Assembly (NCBI GenBank): GCA_900543045.1
Contig: UQPT01000002.1
Location: 17,646-81,645, forward strand
DNA length: 64,000 nt
DNA from: an uncultured Collinsella sp.
GTDB lineage: Bacteria; Actinomycetota; Coriobacteriia; Coriobacteriales; Coriobacteriaceae
Reading direction: 5' to 3'
The position numbers and the translations under genes were made by a program. Below the pieces are notes generated by a model, which made no database searches, had not been told where the DNA came from, and saw only the letters and a program-made list of their open reading frames with translations. Position 1 is the first letter of the stretch; the number at the start of each line of letters is the position of its first letter. Shown here piece by piece: positions 37,668 to 47,587 of the stretch.

Positions 37668-38981
37668 ATGGCAGAGTCGGCAGCAGGGGATGCCCTGTTC
37701 GAGCGTACGGGAAAAGTTTCGTTTGTGCAGGTATTACCCCATGCACTGCAGCATGTGCTGGCGGCATTCGCGGGTATCGTCACGCCCGCCATCATTATCG
37801 CGTCGGTCTGTGGCTTTACCCCTCAGGAGGAGGCCGCCGTCATCCAGGCGTCGCTCGTCCTCTCGGCGCTTGACATTTTCCTTCAACAGTTTCCCATAAA
37901 AGGTGTCGTCGGTTCGGGCCTGCCCATTGTGATGGGTGCGAGCTTTACCTTCGTGCCGGCGCTCAAGGCAGTCGGTCTTGAGCTTGGTTTTGAGGCCGTA
38001 CTGGGCGCCCAGGTAATCGGCGGCGCGCTCGTCGCGCTCTTCGGCCTACTGTTTAGGCGCGTGAGTTTTCTATTTCCGGCCCCGGTGCTTGGCACCGTCA
38101 TCTTTGTCATTGGCCTGTCGCTATGCCCAGTGGCAGTTGCCTCCATGGCGGGCGGGGAGGGCGCGGCCGATTTTGGCAGTGTCACCAACTGGGCCGTCGC
38201 ACTTGTGACGTTCGTCGTCACCTTTATGGCTGGCAACTACGGCAAGGGCGCGCTTAGGCTGGGCAGCATCCTGGCTGGTATCTGCGCGGGCTTTGTTTTG
38301 GCTGCGGTGTTGGGCATGGTCGATTTCTCGGCCATCGCGACCGCCCGCTGGTTCGCCCCGCCGGCCCTGGGCGCCCATCGCCTGGTGTTCGACCCGGCCG
38401 CGTGCGCCGTTGTGGGCGTTGTCGCCATTGTCAACGCAGTACAGGTCATGGGCGAGTTTGCCGCCGTGTCGTCCGCTGCGCTCGATACCCCTGCGACCGA
38501 TAGCCAGATCTCGGGTGGCCTGATCGCCAACGGCCTGGTCGGTATGCTGTCAGGCTTTTTTGGCGGCGTCCCCACGGCAACCTTTGGCCAGAATGTGGGC
38601 ATTATCGCCGAGAACAAGGTCGTCAACCGCATGGTCTTTACGCTTGCGGCTGCCATCCTGCTCATCGCGGGCCTGCTGCCCAAGTGTGCGGCGGTGCTCA
38701 CGTCTATTCCGCAGCCGGTCATCGGTGGCGCCACGATTGGCGTGTTCGCGACCATCGGTATGAACGGTGTGGTCATGTTTGCCCGCCACGGCCTGTCTCA
38801 GCGCGATACCACGCTCATGGGTCTCTCTATCGCCTTTGGCACGGGCATTGAGCGCACGGCCGGCGCGCTTGCCGGCGCTGGATTCCCCGCATGGGTTGGC
38901 ACCGTTTTTGGCGGATCCTCCATTGCCGTCGCCGCGCTCGTTGCTGTGATCCTCAACCTGGTCCTCCCGCGCCAAAAATAA
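37668..38981 (+). CDS. NCS2 (uracil-xanthine) purine permease, second copy
   Basis: LQHVL, LPIVMGASFTF and TFGQNVG; clearly paralogous to 12496-13890. Confidence 0.92.
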   Translation: MAESAAGDALFERTGKVSFVQVLPHALQHVLAAFAGIVTPAIIIASVCGFTPQEEAAVIQASLVLSALDIFLQQFPIKGVVGSGLPIVMGASFTFVPALKAVGLELGFEAVLGAQVIGGALVALFGLLFRRVSFLFPAPVLGTVIFVIGLSLCPVAVASMAGGEGAADFGSVTNWAVALVTFVVTFMAGNYGKGALRLGSILAGICAGFVLAAVLGMVDFSAIATARWFAPPALGAHRLVFDPAACAVVGVVAIVNAVQVMGEFAAVSSAALDTPATDSQISGGLIANGLVGMLSGFFGGVPTATFGQNVGIIAENKVVNRMVFTLAAAILLIAGLLPKCAAVLTSIPQPVIGGATIGVFATIGMNGVVMFARHGLSQRDTTLMGLSIAFGTGIERTAGALAGAGFPAWVGTVFGGSSIAVAALVAVILNLVLPRQK

Positions 38982-38994
38982 CGCCCCATATATG

Positions 38995-39061
38995 AGTTGC
39001 GGTGGAATAGGGACTGTTTAAGCCTTTTAAGCCATCAAACAGTCCCTATCTCACCGCAACT
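38995..39061. repeat. Long imperfect inverted repeat at the purine cluster / ribosomal cluster junction
   Basis: AGTTGCGGTG..ATAGGGACTGTTT / AAACAGTCCCTAT..CACCGCAACT, 25-bp arms. Confidence 0.7.
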
Positions 39062-39159
39062 GCTGTTTTCCTCCGTGCCCTAGGGATCAATTTGTGCGGG
39101 GGAGTTGTGGAGTTGTGCAGGCAGACGAGGTTTTTCTGGAAATACGCTCCCGATGCGCG

Positions 39160-39302
39160 TATAGTACCGATTGTTTTGTCGGCTCCTGCTGCGTCGAGTC
39201 CAAACCGCGAAATGCCATGAGCGGCGCGGATGCAGCCAGGAGGCACGAGGACAACCCATCGTGGCCACGCCCCGTGCTTAAAACCCCAAGAAGGAGTGAA
39301 CA
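39160..39302 (+). promoter_or_regulatory. Candidate rplE promoter (-10 TATAGT) and structured 5' leader
   Basis: TATAGT at 39160; stem CTCCTGCTGCGTC / GATGCAGCCAGGAG at 39183-39242; RBS AAGGAG. Confidence 0.45.
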
Positions 39303-39860
39303 ATGGCAGAAGAGAAGTATGTGCCGCGTCTGAAGACCAAGTACAACAACGAGGTCAAGCAGCAGCTTCAGGACAAGTTCCAGTACGAGAACGTCATGAT
39401 GATCCCCAAGTTTGAGAAGATCGTCGTGAACATGGGTGTCGGCGAGGCCGCTACCGATTCCAAGGCCATCGACGGTGCCGTGCGCGACCTGCGCGCCATC
39501 ACCGGCCAGCAGCCGATGATCACCCGTGCCCGCAAGTCCATCGCTACCTTCCGCCTGCGCGCTGGTATGCCGATCGGCTGCAAGGTTACCCTGCGTGGCG
39601 ACCGTATGTGGGAGTTCTTCGATCGTCTGACCTCCGTCGCGATTCCCCGTATCCGCGACTTCCGCGGCATCTCCGCCAAGAGCTTCGACGGCCGTGGTAA
39701 CTTCTCCATGGGCGTCACCGAGCAGCTCATCTTCCCCGAGATCGACTTCGACTCCGTCGATCACCAGCGTGGTATGGACATCACTTTCGTGACCACCGCC
39801 AATACCGATGAGGAGGCCAAGGCCCTTCTGGACGCCTTCGGTTTCCCGTTCAAGAAATAG
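39303..39860 (+). CDS. rplE: 50S ribosomal protein L5
   Basis: [22 protein letters not shown] and PRIRDFRG. Confidence 0.98.
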   Translation: MAEEKYVPRLKTKYNNEVKQQLQDKFQYENVMMIPKFEKIVVNMGVGEAATDSKAIDGAVRDLRAITGQQPMITRARKSIATFRLRAGMPIGCKVTLRGDRMWEFFDRLTSVAIPRIRDFRGISAKSFDGRGNFSMGVTEQLIFPEIDFDSVDHQRGMDITFVTTANTDEEAKALLDAFGFPFKK

Positions 39861-39939
39861 GTTCACCTGCCCTATGAGCGCCGTTCCCAGAAGGGGGCGG
39901 CGCTTGGGGCGAACAATACTCTATGTGAGGAGGATATAA

Positions 39940-40125
39940 GTGGCTAAGACATCGATGATCGTCAAGTGCAATCGCAAGCAGAAGTTCTCTACTCGTGAGT
40001 ACACGCGCTGCCAGCGCTGCGGCCGTCCGCACTCTGTGTACCGCAAGTTCGGCCTGTGCCGTGTCTGCTTCCGCGAGCTTGCACTCAAGGGCGAGCTTCC
40101 CGGCGTTAAGAAGGCCAGCTGGTAA
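39940..40125 (+). CDS. rpsN: 30S ribosomal protein S14 (Zn-binding type Z)
   Basis: 61 aa; RCQRCGR...GLCRVCFRE...PGVKKASW. Confidence 0.97.
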   Translation: MAKTSMIVKCNRKQKFSTREYTRCQRCGRPHSVYRKFGLCRVCFRELALKGELPGVKKASW

Positions 40126-40244
40126 GTCACTACCAGCGTTTCAAGCATCCGTTTGGAACAGGGAAAACGCGCTAAAAAGGCTTTGCCGTTAAGGGCGGCG
40201 AAGAACCAAGAGCACGTGTTCATCAAGAACGAAGGAGAATCTGT

Positions 40245-40643
40245 ATGAACCTTACAGACCCGATCGCAGATATGCTTACGCGCATCCGTAACGCTAACTC
40301 TGTGAACAAGGCCACGGTCTCCATGCCGAGCAGCAAGAAGCTCGTCGAGATCGCTCGTGTTCTGCACGAGGAGGGCTACATCGAGGGCTACGATGTCGAG
40401 GACACCGTTCCCCAGAAGACTCTGCACATCACGCTTAAGTATGGTCCCAAGAAGGCTAAGGTCATCAACGGCATCCGCCGCATTTCCAAGCCGGGCCTGC
40501 GTAAGTACACCGGCGTTGCCGACATGCCCCGCGTCCGCGGTGGCCTTGGTACCGCCATTATTTCCACCAGCCATGGCGTTATGACCGACCGCGATGCTCG
40601 CAAGCACAACGTCGGCGGCGAGATCATCGCTTACGTCTGGTAA
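40245..40643 (+). CDS. rpsH: 30S ribosomal protein S8
   Basis: [21 protein letters not shown] and GGEIIAYVW. Confidence 0.98.
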   Translation: MNLTDPIADMLTRIRNANSVNKATVSMPSSKKLVEIARVLHEEGYIEGYDVEDTVPQKTLHITLKYGPKKAKVINGIRRISKPGLRKYTGVADMPRVRGGLGTAIISTSHGVMTDRDARKHNVGGEIIAYVW

Positions 40644-40676
40644 TTCGCTCGGTAGGTAGAAGGAAAGGAGATCACC

Positions 40677-41213
40677 GTGTCTCGTATCGGTAATAAGCCT
40701 GTCCAGATTCCCGCCGGAGTCGAAGTGGCAGTCAACGGCAACAACGTTGTCGTCAAGGGCCCCAAGGGCCAGCTCGAGCTCGATGTCTTTGAGAAGCTCG
40801 CTATCAACATCGAGGACAACGTCCTCACCGTTTCCCGTCCCGACGACGAGCGTGAGACCCGTGCCCGCCACGGCCTCACCCGCGCCCTCATCCACAACAT
40901 GGTGGTTGGCGTTTCCGAGGGCTTCGAGAAGAAGCTCGAGCTCGCCGGCGTCGGTTACCGCGTGCAGCAGAAGGGCAAGAACCTCGAGTTCTCCCTGGGC
41001 TTCTCGCACCCCGTGATCGTCGAGGCTCCCGAGGGCATCACCTTCGAGGTTCCCGACAACACCCACGTGAACGTCAAGGGTATCAACAAGCAGCAGGTCG
41101 GTCAGATCGCCGCTGAGATCCGCGGCCATCGTCCTCCCGAGCCTTACAAGGGCAAGGGTATCCACTACGTTGGCGAGCACATCCGCCGCAAGCTGGGTAA
41201 GGCCGCCAAGTAG
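40677..41213 (+). CDS. rplF: 50S ribosomal protein L6
   Basis: SRIGNKPV and PEPYKGKGI. Confidence 0.98.
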   Translation: MSRIGNKPVQIPAGVEVAVNGNNVVVKGPKGQLELDVFEKLAINIEDNVLTVSRPDDERETRARHGLTRALIHNMVVGVSEGFEKKLELAGVGYRVQQKGKNLEFSLGFSHPVIVEAPEGITFEVPDNTHVNVKGINKQQVGQIAAEIRGHRPPEPYKGKGIHYVGEHIRRKLGKAAK

Positions 41214-41288
41214 TCGTAACCGACTCACTCGCATAAGACCAGCACCCCGTCAGGTGCTGGCAAGATCAACCTTTTTAGGAGTTTACGT

Positions 41289-41657
41289 ATGAACAAGCAT
41301 AAGGCGAAGCTGGAAGGCCTCAAGCGTCGTCAGCGTCGTGTTCGCGGCAAGGTCTCGGGTACCTCCGAGCGTCCGCGTCTTCGCGTGACCCGTACTAACG
41401 CCAACATCTATGCCCAGATCATCGACGACAGCAAGGGCTCCAGCCTGACGCTCGTCTCTGCCTCGACCCTCGAGGCCGAGTTCAAGGGCACCCACACCTC
41501 GAACAAGGAGGCTGCGGAGAAGGTCGGTCAGCTCGTTGGCAAGCGCGCCATCGAGGCCGGCATCACCAAGGTCGCCTTCGATCGTGGTGGCCGTATCTAC
41601 CATGGCCGCGTCAAGGCCCTCGCCGACGGTGCTCGTGCCGCCGGTCTCGAGTTCTAG
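41289..41657 (+). CDS. rplR: 50S ribosomal protein L18
   Basis: RPRLRV and [20 protein letters not shown]. Confidence 0.98.
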   Translation: MNKHKAKLEGLKRRQRRVRGKVSGTSERPRLRVTRTNANIYAQIIDDSKGSSLTLVSASTLEAEFKGTHTSNKEAAEKVGQLVGKRAIEAGITKVAFDRGGRIYHGRVKALADGARAAGLEF

Positions 41658-41671
41658 GAGGTATGTAGCAC

Positions 41672-42196
41672 ATGGCTCGTAATCAGAAGCAGCAGCGCGA
41701 GGCCTCCGAGTTCGAGGAGCGCGTCGTTTACATCAACCGCGTGTCGAAGACCGTCAAGGGTGGTCGTCGCATGAGCCTCGTCGCTCTCGTCGTCGTTGGC
41801 GACGGCAAGGGCAACGTCGGCGTTGGCATGGGCAAGTCCGCTGAGGTGCCCCTGGCCATCTCCAAGGCGTCTCTCGATGCCAAGAAGAACATGTTCCACG
41901 TGCCGGTGACCGAGCAGGGCACCATCCCGCACGAGGTTCTCGGCCACTTTGGTGCCGGCCGCATCATCATCAAGCCCGCTGTCGAGGGTACCGGCGTTAT
42001 CGCCGGCGGCGCTGTGCGTCCCCTCTTCGAGCTTGCTGGCATCAAGAACGTCCTGTCCAAGTCCCTCGGTACCGACAACGGCCTCAACATCATCAAGGCT
42101 GCCGTCGAGGGCCTCAAGGAGCTCTCCAGCCCTGAGGACGTCGCGGCTCGCCGTGGCCTGACGGTCTCCGAGATGTTCGTCGGTAAGGAGAACTAA
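41672..42196 (+). CDS. rpsE: 30S ribosomal protein S5
   Basis: [12 protein letters not shown] and GTGVIAGG. Confidence 0.98.
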   Translation: MARNQKQQREASEFEERVVYINRVSKTVKGGRRMSLVALVVVGDGKGNVGVGMGKSAEVPLAISKASLDAKKNMFHVPVTEQGTIPHEVLGHFGAGRIIIKPAVEGTGVIAGGAVRPLFELAGIKNVLSKSLGTDNGLNIIKAAVEGLKELSSPEDVAARRGLTVSEMFVGKEN

Positions 42197-42198
42197 GC

Positions 42199-42381
42199 AT
42201 GGCTGACACCATCAAGATCAAGCAGGTCCGCAGCACCAACGGTTGCAAGCAGGACCAGGTCCGTACTGTCCGTGCCCTCGGTCTCCACAGGATCCGCGAG
42301 GTTCGCGAGATTGCTGACAACGAGTCCGTCCGCGGCATGATCTTCAAGGTCAAGCACCTTGTCGAGATTGTAGAGGAGTAG
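42199..42381 (+). CDS. rpmD: 50S ribosomal protein L30
   Basis: TVRALGL...RGMIFKVKHLV; synteny. Confidence 0.96.
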   Translation: MADTIKIKQVRSTNGCKQDQVRTVRALGLHRIREVREIADNESVRGMIFKVKHLVEIVEE

Positions 42382-42384
42382 CAA

Positions 42385-42834
42385 ATGCAGCTTCACGATC
42401 TTACTCCCGCGCCCGGTTCCACCAAGAACCGTAAGCGCGTCGGCCGTGGCAATTCTTCGGGTCACGGCACCACTTCTGGCCGCGGCCAGAAGGGCCAGGG
42501 TTCCCGCTCTGGCGGCACCAAGGGTGCCGGCTTCGAGGGTGGCCAGACTCCGCTGGCTATGCGCCTGCCCAAGCTTCCGGGCTTCCGCAACCCCCGTCGT
42601 ATCGAGTACACCGCTGTTAACGTTGAGCGTCTCGAGCGTAAGTTCGAGGATGGCGCTGTGATCGACGGTGCCGCTCTTAAGGCCGCTCGCATCACCAAGA
42701 GCGAGTTCGAGCCCGTCAAGGTGCTCGGCAATGGTGAGCTCACCAAGAAGTTCACGGTCAAGGTCGACAAGGTCAGCGCTTCTGCGCAGGCCAAGATCGA
42801 GGCCGCCGGCGGAAAGGTCGAGCTGCCGTGCTAA
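42385..42834 (+). CDS. rplO: 50S ribosomal protein L15
   Basis: [18 protein letters not shown] and GFEGGQTPL. Confidence 0.98.
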   Translation: MQLHDLTPAPGSTKNRKRVGRGNSSGHGTTSGRGQKGQGSRSGGTKGAGFEGGQTPLAMRLPKLPGFRNPRRIEYTAVNVERLERKFEDGAVIDGAALKAARITKSEFEPVKVLGNGELTKKFTVKVDKVSASAQAKIEAAGGKVELPC

Positions 42835-44114
42835 ATGGTCTTAAGAATGCTTTCCGCATCAAAGAATTGCGCGAAAAGATTCTTTTTACCATAGCTATGC
42901 TCGTCGTGTACCGCATTGGTGCGCACGTTCCTGTGCCCGGCATTCCCTTCCAGGGGATGCTGGGCCTTTTCTCGACCGATAACAATTCGGTCGCCGCAGG
43001 TGCTATGGCCCTCCTGAATCTTTTCTCTGGCGGCGCGTTGAGCTATGTGTCGGTGTTTTCGCTGGGCATCATGCCTTACATCACCAGCTCGATCATCCTC
43101 CAGATGCTCCAGGCCGTCGTGCCTTCCCTGCATGAGCTTGCCCGCGAGGGCGAGGTCGGTCAGACCAAGATTACGCAGTATTCGCGTTACCTCACCTTGG
43201 CTCTGGCAATCCTCAACTCCGTGGGTTACCTCTTCCTCTTTAAGAGCTTCGGCATCAGCTTTAATGGCGCCGGCGCTCCCGAGATCATCTTCGACCTCAT
43301 GGTCGTCGGCACGCTCACTGCGGGCGCCATGCTGATCATGTGGATTGGTGAGCTCATCACCCAGCGCGGTATCGGCAATGGCATGTCGCTGATCATCTTT
43401 GCGAACATCATGGCCGGCCTTCCGCAGGCTATCTTCTCCAGCACCGAGGGTAATGCCGGTGGCATCATCACCATGGTGATCATCTGCGCCATCATCCTGC
43501 TGGTTATCCCGCTGATTGTTTTCCTTGAGCGCGGCCAGCGCCGCATCCCGGTCTCCTATGCCAAGCGCGTCGTGGGCCGTCGCATGATGGGTGGCCAGAC
43601 CACCTACCTGCCCATCAAGGTCAACACCGCGGGCGTCGTGCCGATCATCTTTGCCTCGGCGCTGCTGTACTTCCCGGCTCAGATTGCCGTGTTCTTCCCC
43701 GGCATCGGCTGGATTCAGGCAGTTGCCTCTGCGCTTTCGACCGGTTGGCTCAACTGGGTGCTTAACGTTGTCCTCATCGTGTTCTTCGCGTACTTCTACA
43801 CCTCCATGGTGTTCAACCCCGATGACACGGCCGACAACCTTAAGAAGCAGGGTGGCTTTATTCCGGGCGTCCGTCCGGGTAGGGCTACCGCGGCCTACAT
43901 CAAGAACGCGCTCAACAAGATCACGCTTCCCAGCGCTGTCTTTTTGGCGCTCATCGCCATCGTGCCTTCGATCATCTTCTCCTTCACGGGTAACCATCTG
44001 ATCCAGGCATTTGGCGGCACGTCCATCCTCATCATGGTCGGCGTCGTGCTCGACACGGTCGATAAGCTCGAAGGCCAGATCAAGATGTATGATTACGATG
44101 GATTCTTTAAATAG
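42828..44114 (+). CDS. secY: Preprotein translocase subunit SecY
   Basis: [31 protein letters not shown] and GGTSILI. Confidence 0.98.
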   Translation: MLNGLKNAFRIKELREKILFTIAMLVVYRIGAHVPVPGIPFQGMLGLFSTDNNSVAAGAMALLNLFSGGALSYVSVFSLGIMPYITSSIILQMLQAVVPSLHELAREGEVGQTKITQYSRYLTLALAILNSVGYLFLFKSFGISFNGAGAPEIIFDLMVVGTLTAGAMLIMWIGELITQRGIGNGMSLIIFANIMAGLPQAIFSSTEGNAGGIITMVIICAIILLVIPLIVFLERGQRRIPVSYAKRVVGRRMMGGQTTYLPIKVNTAGVVPIIFASALLYFPAQIAVFFPGIGWIQAVASALSTGWLNWVLNVVLIVFFAYFYTSMVFNPDDTADNLKKQGGFIPGVRPGRATAAYIKNALNKITLPSAVFLALIAIVPSIIFSFTGNHLIQAFGGTSILIMVGVVLDTVDKLEGQIKMYDYDGFFK

Positions 44115-44132
44115 GCTAGAGGAGGATTGCTC

Positions 44133-44759
44133 ATGAACCTCGTATTGCTCGGAGCTCCGGGTGCCGGTAAGGGCACCGTCGCACAGGAGCTCGTCGCCGA
44201 GTTTGGCGTCGCTCACATTTCCACGGGCGACCTGCTGCGTGCTGCCGTCAAGGGTGGCACCGAGCTTGGTATTCAGGCTAAGAAGTACATGGACGCTGGC
44301 GAGCTCGTTCCCGACCAGCTCGTGATCGACCTTGTCAAGGAGCGCCTTGCTGCCGATGACGCCCAGCAGGGCTTCATCCTCGACGGCTTCCCGCGCAACA
44401 CCGCCCAGGCTGTGACGCTCGATTCCGAGCTCTCCGCCATGGGTCGCGAGATCGACTGCGCCCTTCTGGTCGACGTGGCCCCCGAGGTCATCATCGCTCG
44501 TCTGTCTTCGCGTCGCACTTGCCGCGCCTGCGGTTACACCGGCACCGCTGCCGATGCTACCTGCCCCAAGTGCGCCGGCGAGATGTATCAGCGCGACGAC
44601 GACAAGCCCGAGACCATCAAGAACCGTCTCGACGTCTACGAGAAGTCCACGAGCCCGCTCGTCGACTACTATCGTGGCCAGGGTCTGCTCAAGTCGGTCA
44701 ACGGTGACCAGGCTCGCGAGTCCGTGTACGGGGATGTCAAAGAGGCTCTCGGTCTATGA
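44133..44759 (+). CDS. adk: Adenylate kinase (Zn-LID type)
   Basis: GAPGAGKGT, STGDLLR, LDGFPR and LID Cys CRAC...CPKC. Confidence 0.97.
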   Translation: MNLVLLGAPGAGKGTVAQELVAEFGVAHISTGDLLRAAVKGGTELGIQAKKYMDAGELVPDQLVIDLVKERLAADDAQQGFILDGFPRNTAQAVTLDSELSAMGREIDCALLVDVAPEVIIARLSSRRTCRACGYTGTAADATCPKCAGEMYQRDDDKPETIKNRLDVYEKSTSPLVDYYRGQGLLKSVNGDQARESVYGDVKEALGL

Positions 44760-45544
44760 TCAAGATTAAGTCTGCAACGCAAATCGAGCAGATGAAGAAG
44801 GCAGGAGCGCTATCTAAGATGGCGCTCCGCCACGTTGGAGCCATGGTGCGCCCTGGTGTTTCGACCTTTGAGCTCGATCAGCTCGCGGAGCAGATTATCC
44901 GTATGCATGGCGGCACCCCGGCCTTTAAGGGTTACGGCGGGTTCCCCGGTACCATTTGCGCATCGATTAACGATGCCGTGGTCCACGGTATTCCCAACCC
45001 CGACATGATCCTGCGCGATGGCGATATCATCTCCATCGATACGGGAGCCGTTGTCGACGGTTGGGTTGGCGATAACGCTTGGACGTTTTTTGTCGGCACA
45101 CCCACGCCCGAGGCCAAGGCCCTGTGCGAGGTCACGCGCGATTGCCTTAAGGCTGCCATCGAGCAGGCTGTTCCCGGTAACCATATCGGGGATGTTGGTT
45201 ACGCCGTTCAGTCCCTCGCCGAGTCTCACGGTTACGGCGTGCTTCGTGACTATGTGGGCCATGGCATTGGCCGCGTGATGCACGAGGACCCCAACGTTCC
45301 TAACTATGGAAAGAAGGGGAGGGGCGTTCGCCTCCAGGCCGGCATGGTCATTGCCATCGAGCCGATGGTTACGATGGGTTCCAACCATGTGAGCACGGGC
45401 TCCGACGGTTGGATTGTTACGACCAACGACCACCTGCCCGCCGCACACTACGAGAACACCGTCGCCATTACCAATGACGGTCCGGTGATTATCACCACGG
45501 ATGCCCAAGGTGCTTGGTGTTCGCTCCAAGGCGGAGAAATGTAA
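44756..45544 (+). CDS. map: Methionine aminopeptidase type I
   Basis: VVHGIP, SIDTG, GD, GHGIG..MHEDP, AIEPM and AHYENT. Confidence 0.97.
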   Translation: MIKIKSATQIEQMKKAGALSKMALRHVGAMVRPGVSTFELDQLAEQIIRMHGGTPAFKGYGGFPGTICASINDAVVHGIPNPDMILRDGDIISIDTGAVVDGWVGDNAWTFFVGTPTPEAKALCEVTRDCLKAAIEQAVPGNHIGDVGYAVQSLAESHGYGVLRDYVGHGIGRVMHEDPNVPNYGKKGRGVRLQAGMVIAIEPMVTMGSNHVSTGSDGWIVTTNDHLPAAHYENTVAITNDGPVIITTDAQGAWCSLQGGEM

Positions 45545-45648
45545 CAAGTTCCACTTAGTTGTGGAGCCATTACGAAGTTATTACGATGCGTGCATACGTG
45601 TTGTAGAATACTCAATCGCTGTCGTTTTCTAGAGAAAGATGATTGCTT

Positions 45649-45867
45649 GTGAAGAAGGAAGACGCAATTGAGCTCGAGGGTACGGTAAAGGAACCGCTGC
45701 CCAATGCCATGTTTAAGGTCGAGCTCGAGAACGGTCATTCGGTTCTGTGCAACATTTCTGGCAAGATCCGAATGAATTACATCCGTATTCTCCCCGGTGA
45801 CAGGGTTGTCGTGGAGCTTTCCCCGTACGACCTGACCCGCGGCCGCATCACCTATCGCTACAAATAG
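45649..45867 (+). CDS. infA: Translation initiation factor IF-1
   Basis: [12 protein letters not shown]...ISGKIR...[16 protein letters not shown] start assumed. Confidence 0.97.
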   Translation: MKKEDAIELEGTVKEPLPNAMFKVELENGHSVLCNISGKIRMNYIRILPGDRVVVELSPYDLTRGRITYRYK

Positions 45868-46017
45868 CGGCACGCATACGCGCACTCCATTTCCGACTGC
45901 AGGCTTAGCTCAACCTACGGTCGGATTGTGTGTGAAGACCAGCCATAGTTTTAAACGCCTGCGGCTGGGCGAGTAGATAGTAGGGAAGTAGTTTGAGCGC
46001 TACCGAAAGGAAGAACG

Positions 46018-46131
46018 ATGAAGGTACGTCCTTCGGTCAAGAAGATGTGCGATAAGTGCAAAATCATTAGGCGCCATGGCAAGGTCCTCGTCATTTGCGA
46101 GAACCCCCGTCATAAGCAGCGTCAGGGTTAA
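46018..46131 (+). CDS. rpmJ: 50S ribosomal protein L36
   Basis: Manual translation (absent from the ORF track): [37 protein letters not shown]. Confidence 0.97.
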   Translation: MKVRPSVKKMCDKCKIIRRHGKVLVICENPRHKQRQG

Positions 46132-46145
46132 GAGAGGAGACTACG

Positions 46146-46520
46146 TTGGCCCGTATTAATGGTGTCGACCTCCCGCGTGAGAAGCGCGTTGAGATCGGTC
46201 TGACCTACATTTACGGCATCGGCCGCACCACTGCGACGAAGATCTGCGTCGAGTGCAACGTTAACGTGGATACGCGCGTTAAGGACCTCACCGAGGATGA
46301 GGTTAACGCCATCCGTGATTATATCGATAAGAACCAGATCATGGTTGAGGGCGACCTCCGCCGTGAGCGCAACCAGAACGTCAAGCGCCTTATGGACATC
46401 GGCTGCAACCGCGGCCTTCGTCACCGCAAGGGCCTCCCGGTCCGCGGCCAGCGCACCCACACTAACGCTCGTACCCGCAAGGGCCCGAAGCGTCAGATCG
46501 GTGCTAAGAAGAAGAAATAA
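46146..46520 (+). CDS. rpsM: 30S ribosomal protein S13
   Basis: ARINGVDLP and [28 protein letters not shown] start. Confidence 0.98.
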   Translation: MARINGVDLPREKRVEIGLTYIYGIGRTTATKICVECNVNVDTRVKDLTEDEVNAIRDYIDKNQIMVEGDLRRERNQNVKRLMDIGCNRGLRHRKGLPVRGQRTHTNARTRKGPKRQIGAKKKK

Positions 46521-46534
46521 GGAGCGCTAGATAG

Positions 46535-46939
46535 ATGGCTACTGCTAAGAAGAACGTTCGCGCTGCCCGTCTGAAGCGCGCGGACCGTAAGAACATTTCC
46601 GTGGGCCAGGCTCACATTCGTTCTACGTTCAACAACACGATCGTTTCGATCACCGATCCCCAGGGCAACGTCATTTCCTGGAAGTCGGCTGGCCAGGTGG
46701 GCTTCAAGGGCTCCCGTAAGTCCACGCCGTTCGCTGCCCAGATGGCTGCCGAGGCTGCTGCCAAGCAGGCCATGGAGCACGGTATGAAGAAGGTTTCCGT
46801 CTTCGTCAAGGGCCCCGGCTCCGGTCGTGAGACCGCCATTCGCTCCCTCCAGGCTGCTGGCCTCGAGGTCTCGAGCATCCAGGACAAGACCCCCATTCCG
46901 CACAACGGCTGCCGCCCCAAGAAGCGTCGCCGCGTGTAA
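46535..46939 (+). CDS. rpsK: 30S ribosomal protein S11
   Basis: [20 protein letters not shown] and [10 protein letters not shown]. Confidence 0.98.
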   Translation: MATAKKNVRAARLKRADRKNISVGQAHIRSTFNNTIVSITDPQGNVISWKSAGQVGFKGSRKSTPFAAQMAAEAAAKQAMEHGMKKVSVFVKGPGSGRETAIRSLQAAGLEVSSIQDKTPIPHNGCRPKKRRRV

Positions 46940-46958
46940 CTGAAAGGATCGTATCAAT

Positions 46959-47555
46959 ATGGCAATCGACAGGACTCCTGTTCTTAAGCGCTGCCGTCAG
47001 CTCGGGATCGATCCCGCTGAGCTCGGTTACAGCAGCAAGAAGGAATCTATCCGTCAGCCCAAGCGCCGTCGCAAGGAATCTGAGTACGGCATGCAGCTGC
47101 GCGAGAAGCAGAAGGTCAAGTTCATCTATGGCGTTCTGGAGAAGCAGTTCCACGGCTACTTCAACAAGGCCCGCAAGATGAACGGCGTCACCGGTGAGAA
47201 CCTCATGATCATCCTTGAGTCTCGCCTCGACAACGTCGTCTTCCGTCTTGGCTTCGCCCGCACCCGCAAAGAGGCTCGTCAGTCCGTCCGTCACGGTCAC
47301 TTCACCGTGAACGGCAAGCGCGTGGACATCCCGTCCTACCGCGTCAAGGCCGGCGACGTCGTCGCTGTCGGCGAGAAGTTCCGTGACCTCCTCCCCATCA
47401 AGGAGGCTCTGATTTCCTCCGAGCGCTTTGAGGTCCCTGGCTGGCTCGAGGTCGATATCGAGAAGCTGTCTGGTAACGTGCTCGCTCTGCCGACGCGTGA
47501 GCAGATCAGCGGTGATATCAACGAGCAGCTCATCGTCGAGCTCTACTCTAAGTAG
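46959..47555 (+). CDS. rpsD: 30S ribosomal protein S4
   Basis: SEYGMQLREKQK, LESRLDNVVFR and LIVELYSK. Confidence 0.98.
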   Translation: MAIDRTPVLKRCRQLGIDPAELGYSSKKESIRQPKRRRKESEYGMQLREKQKVKFIYGVLEKQFHGYFNKARKMNGVTGENLMIILESRLDNVVFRLGFARTRKEARQSVRHGHFTVNGKRVDIPSYRVKAGDVVAVGEKFRDLLPIKEALISSERFEVPGWLEVDIEKLSGNVLALPTREQISGDINEQLIVELYSK

Positions 47556-47587
47556 TCCATCCGGGCTGCTGAGGCTGGAGGTAATAC

